This document shows positions 1-8,765 of a stretch of DNA of 52,054 nt, piece by piece. The stretch's first letter is position 1, and each line of letters opens with the position of its first letter. Below the pieces are notes generated by a model. It did no database searches, had not been told where the DNA came from, and worked only from the letters and a program-made list of their open reading frames with translations. This stretch comes from Polyangiaceae bacterium (GTDB lineage Bacteria; Myxococcota_A; Polyangia; Polyangiales; Polyangiaceae), in NCBI GenBank assembly GCA_044222475.1, contig JBGANF010000046.1, positions 1 through 52,054 of the forward strand, written 5' to 3'. The position numbers and the translations under genes are program-made.

Positions 1-212
1 CTGTGCTGAAGAACGCGCTGCGCGCCGACTACGACCCGGACCGGGACGGGCAGTACATCCGCGACGAGGAAGACCTCGAGCGCGCGGGCGGCGTGACCGC
101 CGACGACCGCGTCGAGGTGCAGCCCTGGCTCGCAGCAGAGAGACGCTTCAGCTTCGTGTCGAGCGACCCGCGCGCCATCGACCTCGCATGCTTCGCGAGC
201 CTGAAGCGCTGA
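1..212 (+). CDS. Hypothetical protein, 3' fragment (probably runs in from beyond the window edge)
   Basis: Open frame from the window start to TGA at 210-212 with GC-rich third positions; no recognisable motif. Confidence 0.45.
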   Translation, partial: VLKNALRADYDPDRDGQYIRDEEDLERAGGVTADDRVEVQPWLAAERRFSFVSSDPRAIDLACFASLKR

Positions 213-320
213 TGACCTGAACGACGACGCGCTCCATCACGGAGCGCAAGCCCACCACGCGAGCCACGGGCGCGCGCGTGAAGGGCGACGTGTACCCAGC
301 GCCCGACGAGGAGAGCAGTC

Positions 321-965
<645 letters not shown>

Positions 966-1000
966 ACGCGTTCACTGAGCCGCAACTTCTCGCAGGGCGC

Positions 1001-1029
1001 TTGCGACCTCCGCGCCGCAGCAGTATATT
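1001..1029 (+). promoter_or_regulatory. Sigma70-type promoter for the leader peptide/hflX-mph transcript
   Basis: TTGCGA (1001-1006), 17-nt spacer, TATATT (1024-1029); AT-rich island in GC-rich DNA; ATG at 1037 sits at the expected +1. Confidence 0.7.
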
Positions 1030-1036
1030 CTTACCC

Positions 1037-1069
1037 ATGTCATTCGCGTTCTTCATCCGCCTGCGCTAG
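1037..1069 (+). CDS. Leader (arrest) peptide MSFAFFIRLR
   Basis: ATG TCA TTC GCG TTC TTC ATC CGC CTG CGC TAG; ends in RLR, an R/K-X-R/K macrolide arrest motif; lies upstream of a macrolide-resistance-like gene. Confidence 0.75.
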   Translation: MSFAFFIRLR

Positions 1070-1073
1070 CGCC

Positions 1074-1290
1074 GGCAGCGGTTCCCGCATCGGCACGATT
1101 CATCGTGATCGACCCGCGGGGGCGCTGCCTTCCGTCCCCGTCTCCCGGTCAATTTTGGATTGTCGACCGTCGGGAGATCCGGGGCGCGGCGCGCCTGCTC
1201 CGGTAACGCGAATACATATACCTCGACGCGTCTGCCACTAGGCTCCTCGCCTCGGATCTCCTGCGCTCGTCATGCGCCAGCAGGAGGTCC
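1074..1290 (+). promoter_or_regulatory. Translational attenuator with alternative hairpins controlling the hflX-mph SD
   Basis: Stems 1074-1088/1116-1129, 1141-1147/1171-1177 and 1254-1264/1280-1290 (covers AGGAGG 1282-1287); competing 14-bp pairing 1173-1186/1248-1261. Confidence 0.7.
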
Positions 1291-1292
1291 AC

Positions 1293-3584
1293 TTGTCTAC
1301 GTCTCTTCGCCACAAAGCCCCACGCCATGCGGTGCTGGTCTCCGTTCAATGCCCCGATCGCTCTGATGCCGCGGCCGAGCGCTCGCTGAACGAGCTCGAA
1401 CAGTTGCTGCGTGGGCTCGGCATTCGCGTGCACGCCCGGCTCGTCCAGAAGCGGCAGCATCCGACCGCAACTTACGTCGGCGAGGGCAAGCTGCGCGAGT
1501 TGGCCGGCCTCACCGGCGGAAGCGGCAAAGTCTCACGGGTTCCGATACCCAGCGGTTCTGCACCGCGCGCCGGTGCCATCGGGCTCGTGGTGGTCGATGA
1601 CGAGCTTTCGCCCGGCCAGCAGCGCAGCCTCGAGCAGGCCACTGCTGCAGAGGTTCTCGATCGGACCGCCGTCATCCTTCGGGTCTTCGAAGGGCGCGCG
1701 CGCACACGTGAGGCGATGCTCGAGGTCGAGCTCGCCCGTCTCACCTACGAGCTTCCCCGGATTCGGGAGGATGTCTCGCTCGGCGATCGCGAGGGAGGTG
1801 GCGGACGCGCTTCGCGCGGGAATAGCAATGTCGCCCTCGCCAAGCAGCGTACCCGGAATCGGATCGCCGAGCTGCGACGCGAGCTCGCCGGGCTTCAGGA
1901 TGGGGCGGCGGTGCGCCGACAGCGACGGGCGTCGGCGCAGAGGGTCGCGCTCGTCGGGTACACCAATGCTGGAAAGTCCTCGCTCATGCGAGCGCTCACC
2001 GGCAGCGATGTGCTGGTCGAGGACAAGCTCTTCGCCACGCTCGATACCACGGTGCGCACGCTGGTTCCTCCGACCTCACCGCCGATCCTCATCGCCGACA
2101 CCGTCGGGTTCATCGAGCGGCTCCCGCATCCGCTGCTCGCTTCTTTCAACTCGACTCTCGACGAGGTACACGAAGCGTCGCTCCTCCTGTTCGTCGTCGA
2201 TGCCGCTGACTCCGAGAGCCGCCGGCAGCTCGAGGTCACGCGCCAAACGGTGAAGGAGATCGGCGCAGGCTCGCTCCCGCATCTCGTGGTGCTCAACAAG
2301 ATCGACCGGGTCTCCGAGGACGTTCGGCGTGCGCTCCGTGACGAGCTTCCCGAAGCGATCCAGCTCTCCGCGTTCTCGTCTGGCGACGTGGCAGCGCTTC
2401 GACAGCGGTTGATCGACTCCTTCGACATGGGGCTCGAAACCGCCACTTTCGAGGTGTCCTATGACCGCCAGTCACTCTTTGCAGAACTGCGCGATCAGGT
2501 GAGAGTGCTCGCCGAGTCCTACGGCGAGAGCCTCACCGTGACGGTGCGCGCCGCGCCTGCGCTCGTCGAGCGATTGCGGAGGCGGCTCGCCGAGGTCACG
2601 GCACCCTCTTCGCTCACGGTCCCCGAGCCTTCCGTGCTTGAGTCGCCCAGGCGCGGTCCCGATGGCAGGCGTACCCCTGCCAAAGGTCGCGCGCGCGCCC
2701 CTGCCTCGGTGCAGCTCGTCGAGTTGGCCGCTCGCCACGGCCTCGTAGTGGATGCCGACGCCGTGCGCATCAACGAGGCGGGGCTCGACTACCGCGTCGC
2801 CTTCGTGCGAGCCGCCGATGGGGAGGACTGGGTGCTTCGGGTACCTCGAAGTCGCGACGCTGCGGCCAAGCTCTCCGACGAGGGGCGAATCCTGGAATTC
2901 GTTCGGCCCCGGCTCTCGGTGGCGGTGCCGATCTGGCAGGTGTGCAGCGATGAGCTCGTGGCGTATCGGCGGCTTCCTGGTGAACCAGGGTTGACCCTCG
3001 ACGGGAGCAGCCAGCCCGTCTGGCACTTCGATCCTTCGTCCCCCGAGTTCGCGACAGCGCTGGGGCGGCTTATCGCCGAGCTACAGGCCTTTGGCGTCGA
3101 CGCCGCCAGGGAGGCCGGCGTGCCGGTGATGTCGATGTCCGAGGTGCGGTCGCAGTGGCGCGCCGACTTCGAGAGAGTGCGCGCCGCGTTCGAGATCGCG
3201 CATCCGCTCCAAGCGCGTTGGGAGGCCTGGTTCAGCAACGACAGGCTCTGGCCTGAGCGCACCGCGTTCACCCACGGGGAGCTATACGCCGCCCACGTGC
3301 TGGTCGACGGACCCTCGCGCATCGTCGGAGTGCTCGACTGGACGACGGCGAAGGTGGGAGACCCGGCCGTCGACTTCACCTATCAGCACATGATGGGACC
3401 TGCCGCGTTCGAGGCCACCGTGGCCGCCTACATCGAGGCCGGTGGCGTTCTGCTCCCGCACCTCGCCGAACGCTGTGCGGAGCTCGCTGCGGCTGCGCCG
3501 CTGGCTTACGGCCTGTTCGCGCTGCAGAGCAGGAATCCCCAGCATCGTGCAGCCGCGGCGGCGCAGCTTCTGCCAGAGGAGTGA
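1293..3584 (+). CDS. hflX: HflX-family GTPase fused to a C-terminal macrolide 2'-phosphotransferase (Mph)-like domain
   Basis: HflX N-domain DDELSPGQQRSLE...DRTAVILRVF...EVELARLTYELPR; G motifs GYTNAGKS, LFATLDTT, DTVG, NKID; Pro-rich linker; Mph-like INEAGLDYRVAF...WVLRVPR, HGELYAAHVLVD, GVLDWTTAKVGDPAVDF. TTG start at 1293 follows AGGAGG (in-frame ATG at 1272 is the alternative). Confidence 0.88.
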   Translation: MSTSLRHKAPRHAVLVSVQCPDRSDAAAERSLNELEQLLRGLGIRVHARLVQKRQHPTATYVGEGKLRELAGLTGGSGKVSRVPIPSGSAPRAGAIGLVVVDDELSPGQQRSLEQATAAEVLDRTAVILRVFEGRARTREAMLEVELARLTYELPRIREDVSLGDREGGGGRASRGNSNVALAKQRTRNRIAELRRELAGLQDGAAVRRQRRASAQRVALVGYTNAGKSSLMRALTGSDVLVEDKLFATLDTTVRTLVPPTSPPILIADTVGFIERLPHPLLASFNSTLDEVHEASLLLFVVDAADSESRRQLEVTRQTVKEIGAGSLPHLVVLNKIDRVSEDVRRALRDELPEAIQLSAFSSGDVAALRQRLIDSFDMGLETATFEVSYDRQSLFAELRDQVRVLAESYGESLTVTVRAAPALVERLRRRLAEVTAPSSLTVPEPSVLESPRRGPDGRRTPAKGRARAPASVQLVELAARHGLVVDADAVRINEAGLDYRVAFVRAADGEDWVLRVPRSRDAAAKLSDEGRILEFVRPRLSVAVPIWQVCSDELVAYRRLPGEPGLTLDGSSQPVWHFDPSSPEFATALGRLIAELQAFGVDAAREAGVPVMSMSEVRSQWRADFERVRAAFEIAHPLQARWEAWFSNDRLWPERTAFTHGELYAAHVLVDGPSRIVGVLDWTTAKVGDPAVDFTYQHMMGPAAFEATVAAYIEAGGVLLPHLAERCAELAAAAPLAYGLFALQSRNPQHRAAAAAQLLPEE

Positions 3585-4080
3585 GCTCGGCATACGGAAC
3601 ACCACGTGGTCAGGTCACGCGCTTCCCTGACCAATGAACGCGGCCGGAGAGGAGAAATTAGTGAGCACCTGCGACCGCTGCCGATGTCATCGCGCATACC
3701 CACGCCGCCGAGCGCGGTGAACGTAGGTTGATAGGCCCGCCGACGCCCGCGAGTACGCCCACGAACCTCGCGCGACCAGTTCTCCACGCACCAAGGCGGG
3801 CACCGTTCGTCGCGCGTCGCGAGCCGTCGCCCCGATGATCAACAGGCTCGGCCCGATCGCGGACGCCGAAGCTGTTGATCAGCGGGGCCGACTGTTGATC
3901 GCCGGGTACGCAGTTAAACGCCTCTCGGCTTCTCTCTCCCCACGGGACAGGAGAGAGAGCGGGAGAGCTGTCCCACGCGGCGCTCATCGCGCTCGCTCGG
4001 CGCTCTCTGCGAGCAGCCGCGAGAGCGCCGCAGCAGCACGCGCAGCGCGCGAAACGCTCGGACTTCTGGGGAGAAACGGC

Positions 4081-4112
4081 GAAGCCCCCTCGGATCGCTC
4101 CTTGGGGGCTTC
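4081..4112 (-). terminator. GC-rich hairpin downstream of tRNA-Asn, likely terminator
   Basis: GAAGCCCCC...GGGGGCTTC inverted repeat about 40 nt past the tRNA 3' end; only a short T tract. Confidence 0.45.
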
Positions 4113-4153
4113 TGTTTACCGACCCTCGCCGTTGGTTGGCGACGAGAGAAAAA

Positions 4154-4229
4154 TGGCTCCGACTGCTGGACTCGAACCAGCGACCCGGCGGTTAACAGCC
4201 GCCTGCTCTACCAACTGAGCTAAGTCGGA
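4154..4229 (-). tRNA. tRNA-Asn (anticodon GTT)
   Basis: Reverse complement TCCGACTTAGCTCAGTTGGTAGAGCAGGCGGCTGTTAACCGCCGGGTCGCTGGTTCGAGTCCAGCAGTCGGAGCCA: 76 nt, D-loop, GTT anticodon, TTCGA T-loop, encoded CCA. Confidence 0.97.
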
Positions 4230-4334
4230 AAATGTTGGAACCGGGTAGCTACCTCCCAGCGGACCGAAGGTCAAGCCTTGGAACGGAACCGACGGGGGAA
4301 ACCGGGCCTTTCGGACGGTCTCGTCATCGCCCGG

Positions 4335-5633
4335 TCATTCAGGAACCTCGACGTAGCCCTTCTTCGTTTTCTCGCCGACCAGCTTGTCCGCCTCGGCCTG
4401 CGCCTTCTCCGGGGACGACGCCGTCTTCGTCGTCGATTGGCCGCTCGTCCCGATGCGGCCGTAGGTGGTCGTGTAGCTCGCGCCGTCCACCTGGATCTCC
4501 CAGAACTTCGACGACGTGCCTTCCACCAGCTCGAAGCGGCGCTTGCCCGCGGCGCTCGGCGCGGGCTTCGGCTTCGCGGCGGCCGGCGGCGCCTTCGGGA
4601 GGCTCTTCGCCGGCTTCGCCACGTCGTCGCGCACCCCCACGTAGCTCGGGAACCGAGGCACGCCCGCGTTGGAGAGCTCCTGGTAGCGAAACGTGATGAG
4701 CGCGCCGATCTTCGGCGGGTCCTCTCGCTCGGCGTCGCTGAACCCGGTCCCCACGTTGAACTGCGTTCCATCGGCGAGCTCGACGACGAGCGCGCCGAGC
4801 CGGCCCTTGTGTCGCCCTGCGCCCGCCGCGTGCGCGACGACGCGCGCCTCGGCGTCGTGGAACGTCTTCACCTTGAGCAGCGTCGAGCTGCGGCCGACCT
4901 CGTACTTCGACCCCGGCTTCCGCAGCATCAGCCCTTCGCCGCCGAGCGCCTCGACGCGGGCGAGCTCCGCGCGGAGGTGCGCCTCGTCGCGCACGACCTC
5001 GTGATCGTGCACGCGCGCGTACGGGTGCGCGTTCTTTCCGAGCCGTGACGTCACGTGCGCAAGTCGCTCTTCGAAGACTCCGCCGTGGGCCGGCGCGTCG
5101 AACACCAGGAACGCGAGCTCCTTCCACTGCGGCGGCTTGTCCTGCCGCTTCACGATGCCGACGGTGCGCTGGAACAGCTTGCGCCCGCCCCAAAGCTCGC
5201 CGTCGAGCGGGTGGTCCGGCAGGCCTTCGACGAACCACTCGGGCGCGTGGAACTTGTTACCAAGTCGGGACAAGAACTGCTTGCCGTCCCAGTACGCGCG
5301 CACGCCGTCGAGCTTCTCGCTCATCCACCACCCGGCGAGCGCGACGTCGTTCTCCCAAGGGTGCGCGAGGAGGATCGGCGGTCCCTCGGACGCGGAGGAA
5401 GACGAAGATGACGAAGCGCGCTTTCCCGACAGCTCGGCGCCACCGAGCCGCGCTTTCTCGGCGTCGTCGCCGCGGAGCGCGCGGAGGTGCTTGCACGTGC
5501 GCTTCTCGATCGCGGCGTTCTGGTGGCGCCACGCGGGGCACGTGCACGAGTAGACGCCGCCCTCGTTCTTCAGCGTGTAGGTCCCGGAAGAACCGCGGAC
5601 CTCGGTCGATTCACCGTCGGCCAGATCGGGCAT
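4335..5633 (-). CDS. ATP-dependent DNA ligase with N-terminal SWIM zinc finger and C-terminal WGR domain
   Basis: SWIM YSCTCPAWRHQ...TCKHL; motif I SEKLDGVR; LDGEL, EGLMLR, LLKVK; OB fold; WGR SSKFWEIQVDG...TYGRIGTSGQ. Confidence 0.88.
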   Translation of the reverse strand: MPDLADGESTEVRGSSGTYTLKNEGGVYSCTCPAWRHQNAAIEKRTCKHLRALRGDDAEKARLGGAELSGKRASSSSSSSASEGPPILLAHPWENDVALAGWWMSEKLDGVRAYWDGKQFLSRLGNKFHAPEWFVEGLPDHPLDGELWGGRKLFQRTVGIVKRQDKPPQWKELAFLVFDAPAHGGVFEERLAHVTSRLGKNAHPYARVHDHEVVRDEAHLRAELARVEALGGEGLMLRKPGSKYEVGRSSTLLKVKTFHDAEARVVAHAAGAGRHKGRLGALVVELADGTQFNVGTGFSDAEREDPPKIGALITFRYQELSNAGVPRFPSYVGVRDDVAKPAKSLPKAPPAAAKPKPAPSAAGKRRFELVEGTSSKFWEIQVDGASYTTTYGRIGTSGQSTTKTASSPEKAQAEADKLVGEKTKKGYVEVPE

Positions 5634-6213
5634 GGGCCGAGCGTAGCGCGGGGAGGTACGAATCGGCGACCGCGTGAAGCGCCTTCTCGAACTCGGCGGC
5701 GTCGAGCTGATCGTAGACCGCCCACCGGAGGACCTGCATGTGGAGGGCACCGACCAGGCTCCACGCCACGGCATTCGCGTCGACGACCGTCGCGCCGATC
5801 TGCGCCGCGAGGACGTTCGCGATCGTCGAGTAGAGCTCGGCGAGGCTCTTCGTCACTGCCGGGCTCGCGGCGGCCTCGGTGAGGGTGATCCGAACGAGCG
5901 CGCGCCGCGGAACGAGCACCTCGCACATGAGCTCCACGCCGCGCTGAAACCGCTGCTCGAGGCCACGTACCGGCGCGAGGTCGCGCGCGACGACCGCGGT
6001 GAGCTCCGCGAGCAGCCCGAGGACGAGCGCACGCAGCACGGCCTCCTTCGAGTCGAACCGCGCGTAGAACGCGGTCGTCGAGACCTTGGCCTCGGTCATC
6101 ACCTGGCGCAGCGACGCCTCGCCGTAGCCTACGCGAACGAACACGCGTTCCGCCGCGGCGAGGATGCGGTCGGCGCTCGGCTTCGTTCGCTTGCGCTTGG
6201 TCACGCGGGCCAT
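5611..6213 (-). CDS. TetR/AcrR family transcriptional regulator
   Basis: RILAAAERVFVRVGYGEASLRQVMTEAKVSTTAFYARFDSKEAVL helix-turn-helix. Confidence 0.9.
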   Translation of the reverse strand: MARVTKRKRTKPSADRILAAAERVFVRVGYGEASLRQVMTEAKVSTTAFYARFDSKEAVLRALVLGLLAELTAVVARDLAPVRGLEQRFQRGVELMCEVLVPRRALVRITLTEAAASPAVTKSLAELYSTIANVLAAQIGATVVDANAVAWSLVGALHMQVLRWAVYDQLDAAEFEKALHAVADSYLPALRSAHARSGRR

Positions 6214-6233
6214 CCTAGGCGTACTCTCGGGAC

Positions 6234-7826
6234 GTGGAAACGGGGCGATCGATCCGAGCGCCGTTGGAGGAGGCGCTCGCTGGTGAGCTGCGGCGCATCG
6301 ATCGCCGGCTGGCGATCGCGTGGACCATGCTGTCGGTCATCGGGGTCGTCGGTGGGCTCTACGCCGCCGTCGTCGTGCGCCCCGGGTTCGGGCTCGCCAT
6401 CGCGGCGGTGTCCGGGTGTGCGCTGGTGCCGTTCGCGATGGCGGCATGGATCCTGGGCAAGCGGCCGCTGCCGCGCGTGGCCGAGATCGCGCTGATGGGG
6501 TTCGCGAGCCTGACGCCTTGGATCTTCTTCGTCGTCACGGTCGTCACCCAGGGCCCGGTCTACGCGCTCGGATCGTGGGTCACGCCGATGGTGTTCGCGG
6601 CGTTGATGGTCGCGTCAGTCGCGCGACTCCGCCCCGTGTCGTCGATCGTCGTGGGCCTCGTCGGAGCGGCGGCCCACCTCGTCGCCTACTTCGTGCTGGC
6701 CCACCCGCGCCTCTCCCCGGACGAGGCGCAGATCTTCGTCCGTCCGGGGATGCAGCTCACTCGCGCGATCTCGCTCGCGCTCGGTGGCGGAGTGGGTGCG
6801 TTCGTCGCGTGGGAGCTGCGGCGCGCGATCGGTCGCGCCGAGTCGAAGGTCCACGTCGCGGAGCTCTTCGGGAAGTACCGGCTCGTCCGACCCATCGGCA
6901 CGGGGGGCGCTGGCGTCGTGCACGAGGCGATCTACAGCCCGGCCGGCGGGTTCGAGCGCCGCGTCGCGGTGAAGGTGCTGCACCCGAGCCTCGCGACCGA
7001 GCCGGCGTTCATCGACGGGCTGCGCCGAGAGGCGGAGCTCGGCTCGCGCCTCGCGCACCCCAACGTGGTCACGATCCACGACTTCGGCCAACACGAGGGC
7101 GTGGCGTTCATGGCGATGGAGTACGTCGATGGGATGACGCTCGATCGTCTCGCCTCGCGCGCGCGGCGAGCGGGGACGGTGATCCCGGTCGACGTCGTCG
7201 GCTGGATCGGCCGCTCGATCCTGGCAGGGCTCGGTCACGCTCACGAAGGCGTGCACGGCTCCGATGGCGAGGCGTTGCGCATTCTCCACCGCGACGTGTG
7301 CCCCCAGAACCTGCTGATCTCGTCCCTCGGCGAGGTGAAGCTCACGGACTTCGGCATCGCGCGCGTCCTCGGCCAGGCGGCGTCGGCGAACACGCGAACG
7401 GTCGCCGGTCACGACGCGTACATGGCGCCGGAGCAAGCGCGCGGCGGCGAGATCACGCTTCGGGTCGATCTCTTCGCGGTCGCGGTCGTCCTGTGGGAGC
7501 TCCTCGCCGGACGGCGACTCTTTGCGCGAGACAACAGCGCGGCGACGGTGCTCGCTCTCCTCGAAGAGCCGATCGTGCCGATCACGGTCGTGCGCACCGA
7601 GCTCGACGTAGCGTGGGATGCGTTCTTCGCCCGCGCGCTCGCGCGCGATCCGGCGGAGCGCTTCTCGTCCGCGCGCGCGATGGAGCAGGCGCTCCTCGCG
7701 TTGCCGGGGGCGCGCGCCGAGGACTCGCAGGTCGCGCTGCGCAAGCTGGTCGCCGATCTCGCGAGCGCGCCGCCGTCGACCGAAGCCGAGATGTCGTCGG
7801 CGCCGACGCGACGACACTCGCGCTAG
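6234..7826 (+). CDS. Membrane-anchored Ser/Thr protein kinase (N-terminal multi-TM region)
   Basis: Several hydrophobic helices, then IGTGGAGVV, VAVK, HRDVCPQN, DFG, YMAPEQ. Confidence 0.9.
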   Translation: METGRSIRAPLEEALAGELRRIDRRLAIAWTMLSVIGVVGGLYAAVVVRPGFGLAIAAVSGCALVPFAMAAWILGKRPLPRVAEIALMGFASLTPWIFFVVTVVTQGPVYALGSWVTPMVFAALMVASVARLRPVSSIVVGLVGAAAHLVAYFVLAHPRLSPDEAQIFVRPGMQLTRAISLALGGGVGAFVAWELRRAIGRAESKVHVAELFGKYRLVRPIGTGGAGVVHEAIYSPAGGFERRVAVKVLHPSLATEPAFIDGLRREAELGSRLAHPNVVTIHDFGQHEGVAFMAMEYVDGMTLDRLASRARRAGTVIPVDVVGWIGRSILAGLGHAHEGVHGSDGEALRILHRDVCPQNLLISSLGEVKLTDFGIARVLGQAASANTRTVAGHDAYMAPEQARGGEITLRVDLFAVAVVLWELLAGRRLFARDNSAATVLALLEEPIVPITVVRTELDVAWDAFFARALARDPAERFSSARAMEQALLALPGARAEDSQVALRKLVADLASAPPSTEAEMSSAPTRRHSR

Positions 7827-8737
7827 AGCGGCGGGAGCGCGCGGATCGGGACGCCCAGGTCCTCGACGATGCGCACGTCGACTCGGCTGATCAGGTAGCG
7901 CGTCCCGTAGTCGTAGACGATGCCGTTCATCAGCTTGTCGTCGTACTGGGATGGCGTCGCTTTGTTACCATAATGGTACACGTTCTGCGTGGTGTGGAGC
8001 CGCGTGAGCGGGATCGGCCCGAACTCGGCGACGGTCTTCGGGCCCTCGAACGTCAACGTGGCGCCGCCCGCGCCGACCTTCACGAGGTCGTCGTAGAGCG
8101 ACAGAAACGTGCCGAAATTGGGCTGCGGCGTCGGCGCGAAGGTCGCGAGATCGCGGTAGCCCGCCATCCCGAACGCGTGACCGAGCTCGTGGGTGCACAC
8201 CGAGATCGCGTCGTCGCGATCGTTCGGGACGGTCGCGGTGCGCGCCTTTGGATCGGGATCCATCCAGAGGACGTTCTTCCAGTAGTCCGCGGTGACGCTG
8301 ATGCGCACGTCGGGCTCGCCGGGGGCGCTCGTGTTGTCGAGGCCGGTGCGGAGGCGATGGATCGCCTGGTCTTCGCCGACCTTGCAGGGGAGGGGGGTGT
8401 TCTTGCAGTTCCCGACGACGTTCGTCGACGCGCTGGCGCCGGCGAAGCGGCCGGTCGTCGTCGGTTGGACCGAGATCTCGACGATGAGCTTCCCCTTGCC
8501 GGTGAGGTACTGCCCCCAGAGATCGAGCCCGGTCGACACGCAGGTGACGAGCGCGGCGTGCTCGGACGCCATCGTGTCCCCGGGATCCTTGACCGTCACC
8601 TCGTAGGTGAAGGCCGGGAGCGTCGGCCCGGTGTCGATGGCGGCGTCACCCGGGCCGGCGTCCACCGCGGGCGTATCCGGGGTCGACGAGCAGCCAGCGA
8701 GGAAACCGAAGATGGCCAGCGCCGCCGCCCGAGTCAT
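7823..8737 (-). CDS. Lipoprotein zinc metallopeptidase (paralog 1)
   Basis: Lipobox FLAGC; CTHELGHAFGM; downstream YHYG and DKLMNG. Confidence 0.75.
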   Translation of the reverse strand: MTRAAALAIFGFLAGCSSTPDTPAVDAGPGDAAIDTGPTLPAFTYEVTVKDPGDTMASEHAALVTCVSTGLDLWGQYLTGKGKLIVEISVQPTTTGRFAGASASTNVVGNCKNTPLPCKVGEDQAIHRLRTGLDNTSAPGEPDVRISVTADYWKNVLWMDPDPKARTATVPNDRDDAISVCTHELGHAFGMAGYRDLATFAPTPQPNFGTFLSLYDDLVKVGAGGATLTFEGPKTVAEFGPIPLTRLHTTQNVYHYGNKATPSQYDDKLMNGIVYDYGTRYLISRVDVRIVEDLGVPIRALPPL

Positions 8738-8765
8738 CGGATCACTTTGCCAGATGCGCACGCGA

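Noticed and set aside
3835..4218. 127-aa plus-strand ORF
   Set aside because: Runs antisense through the tRNA-Asn and repeat-rich non-coding DNA
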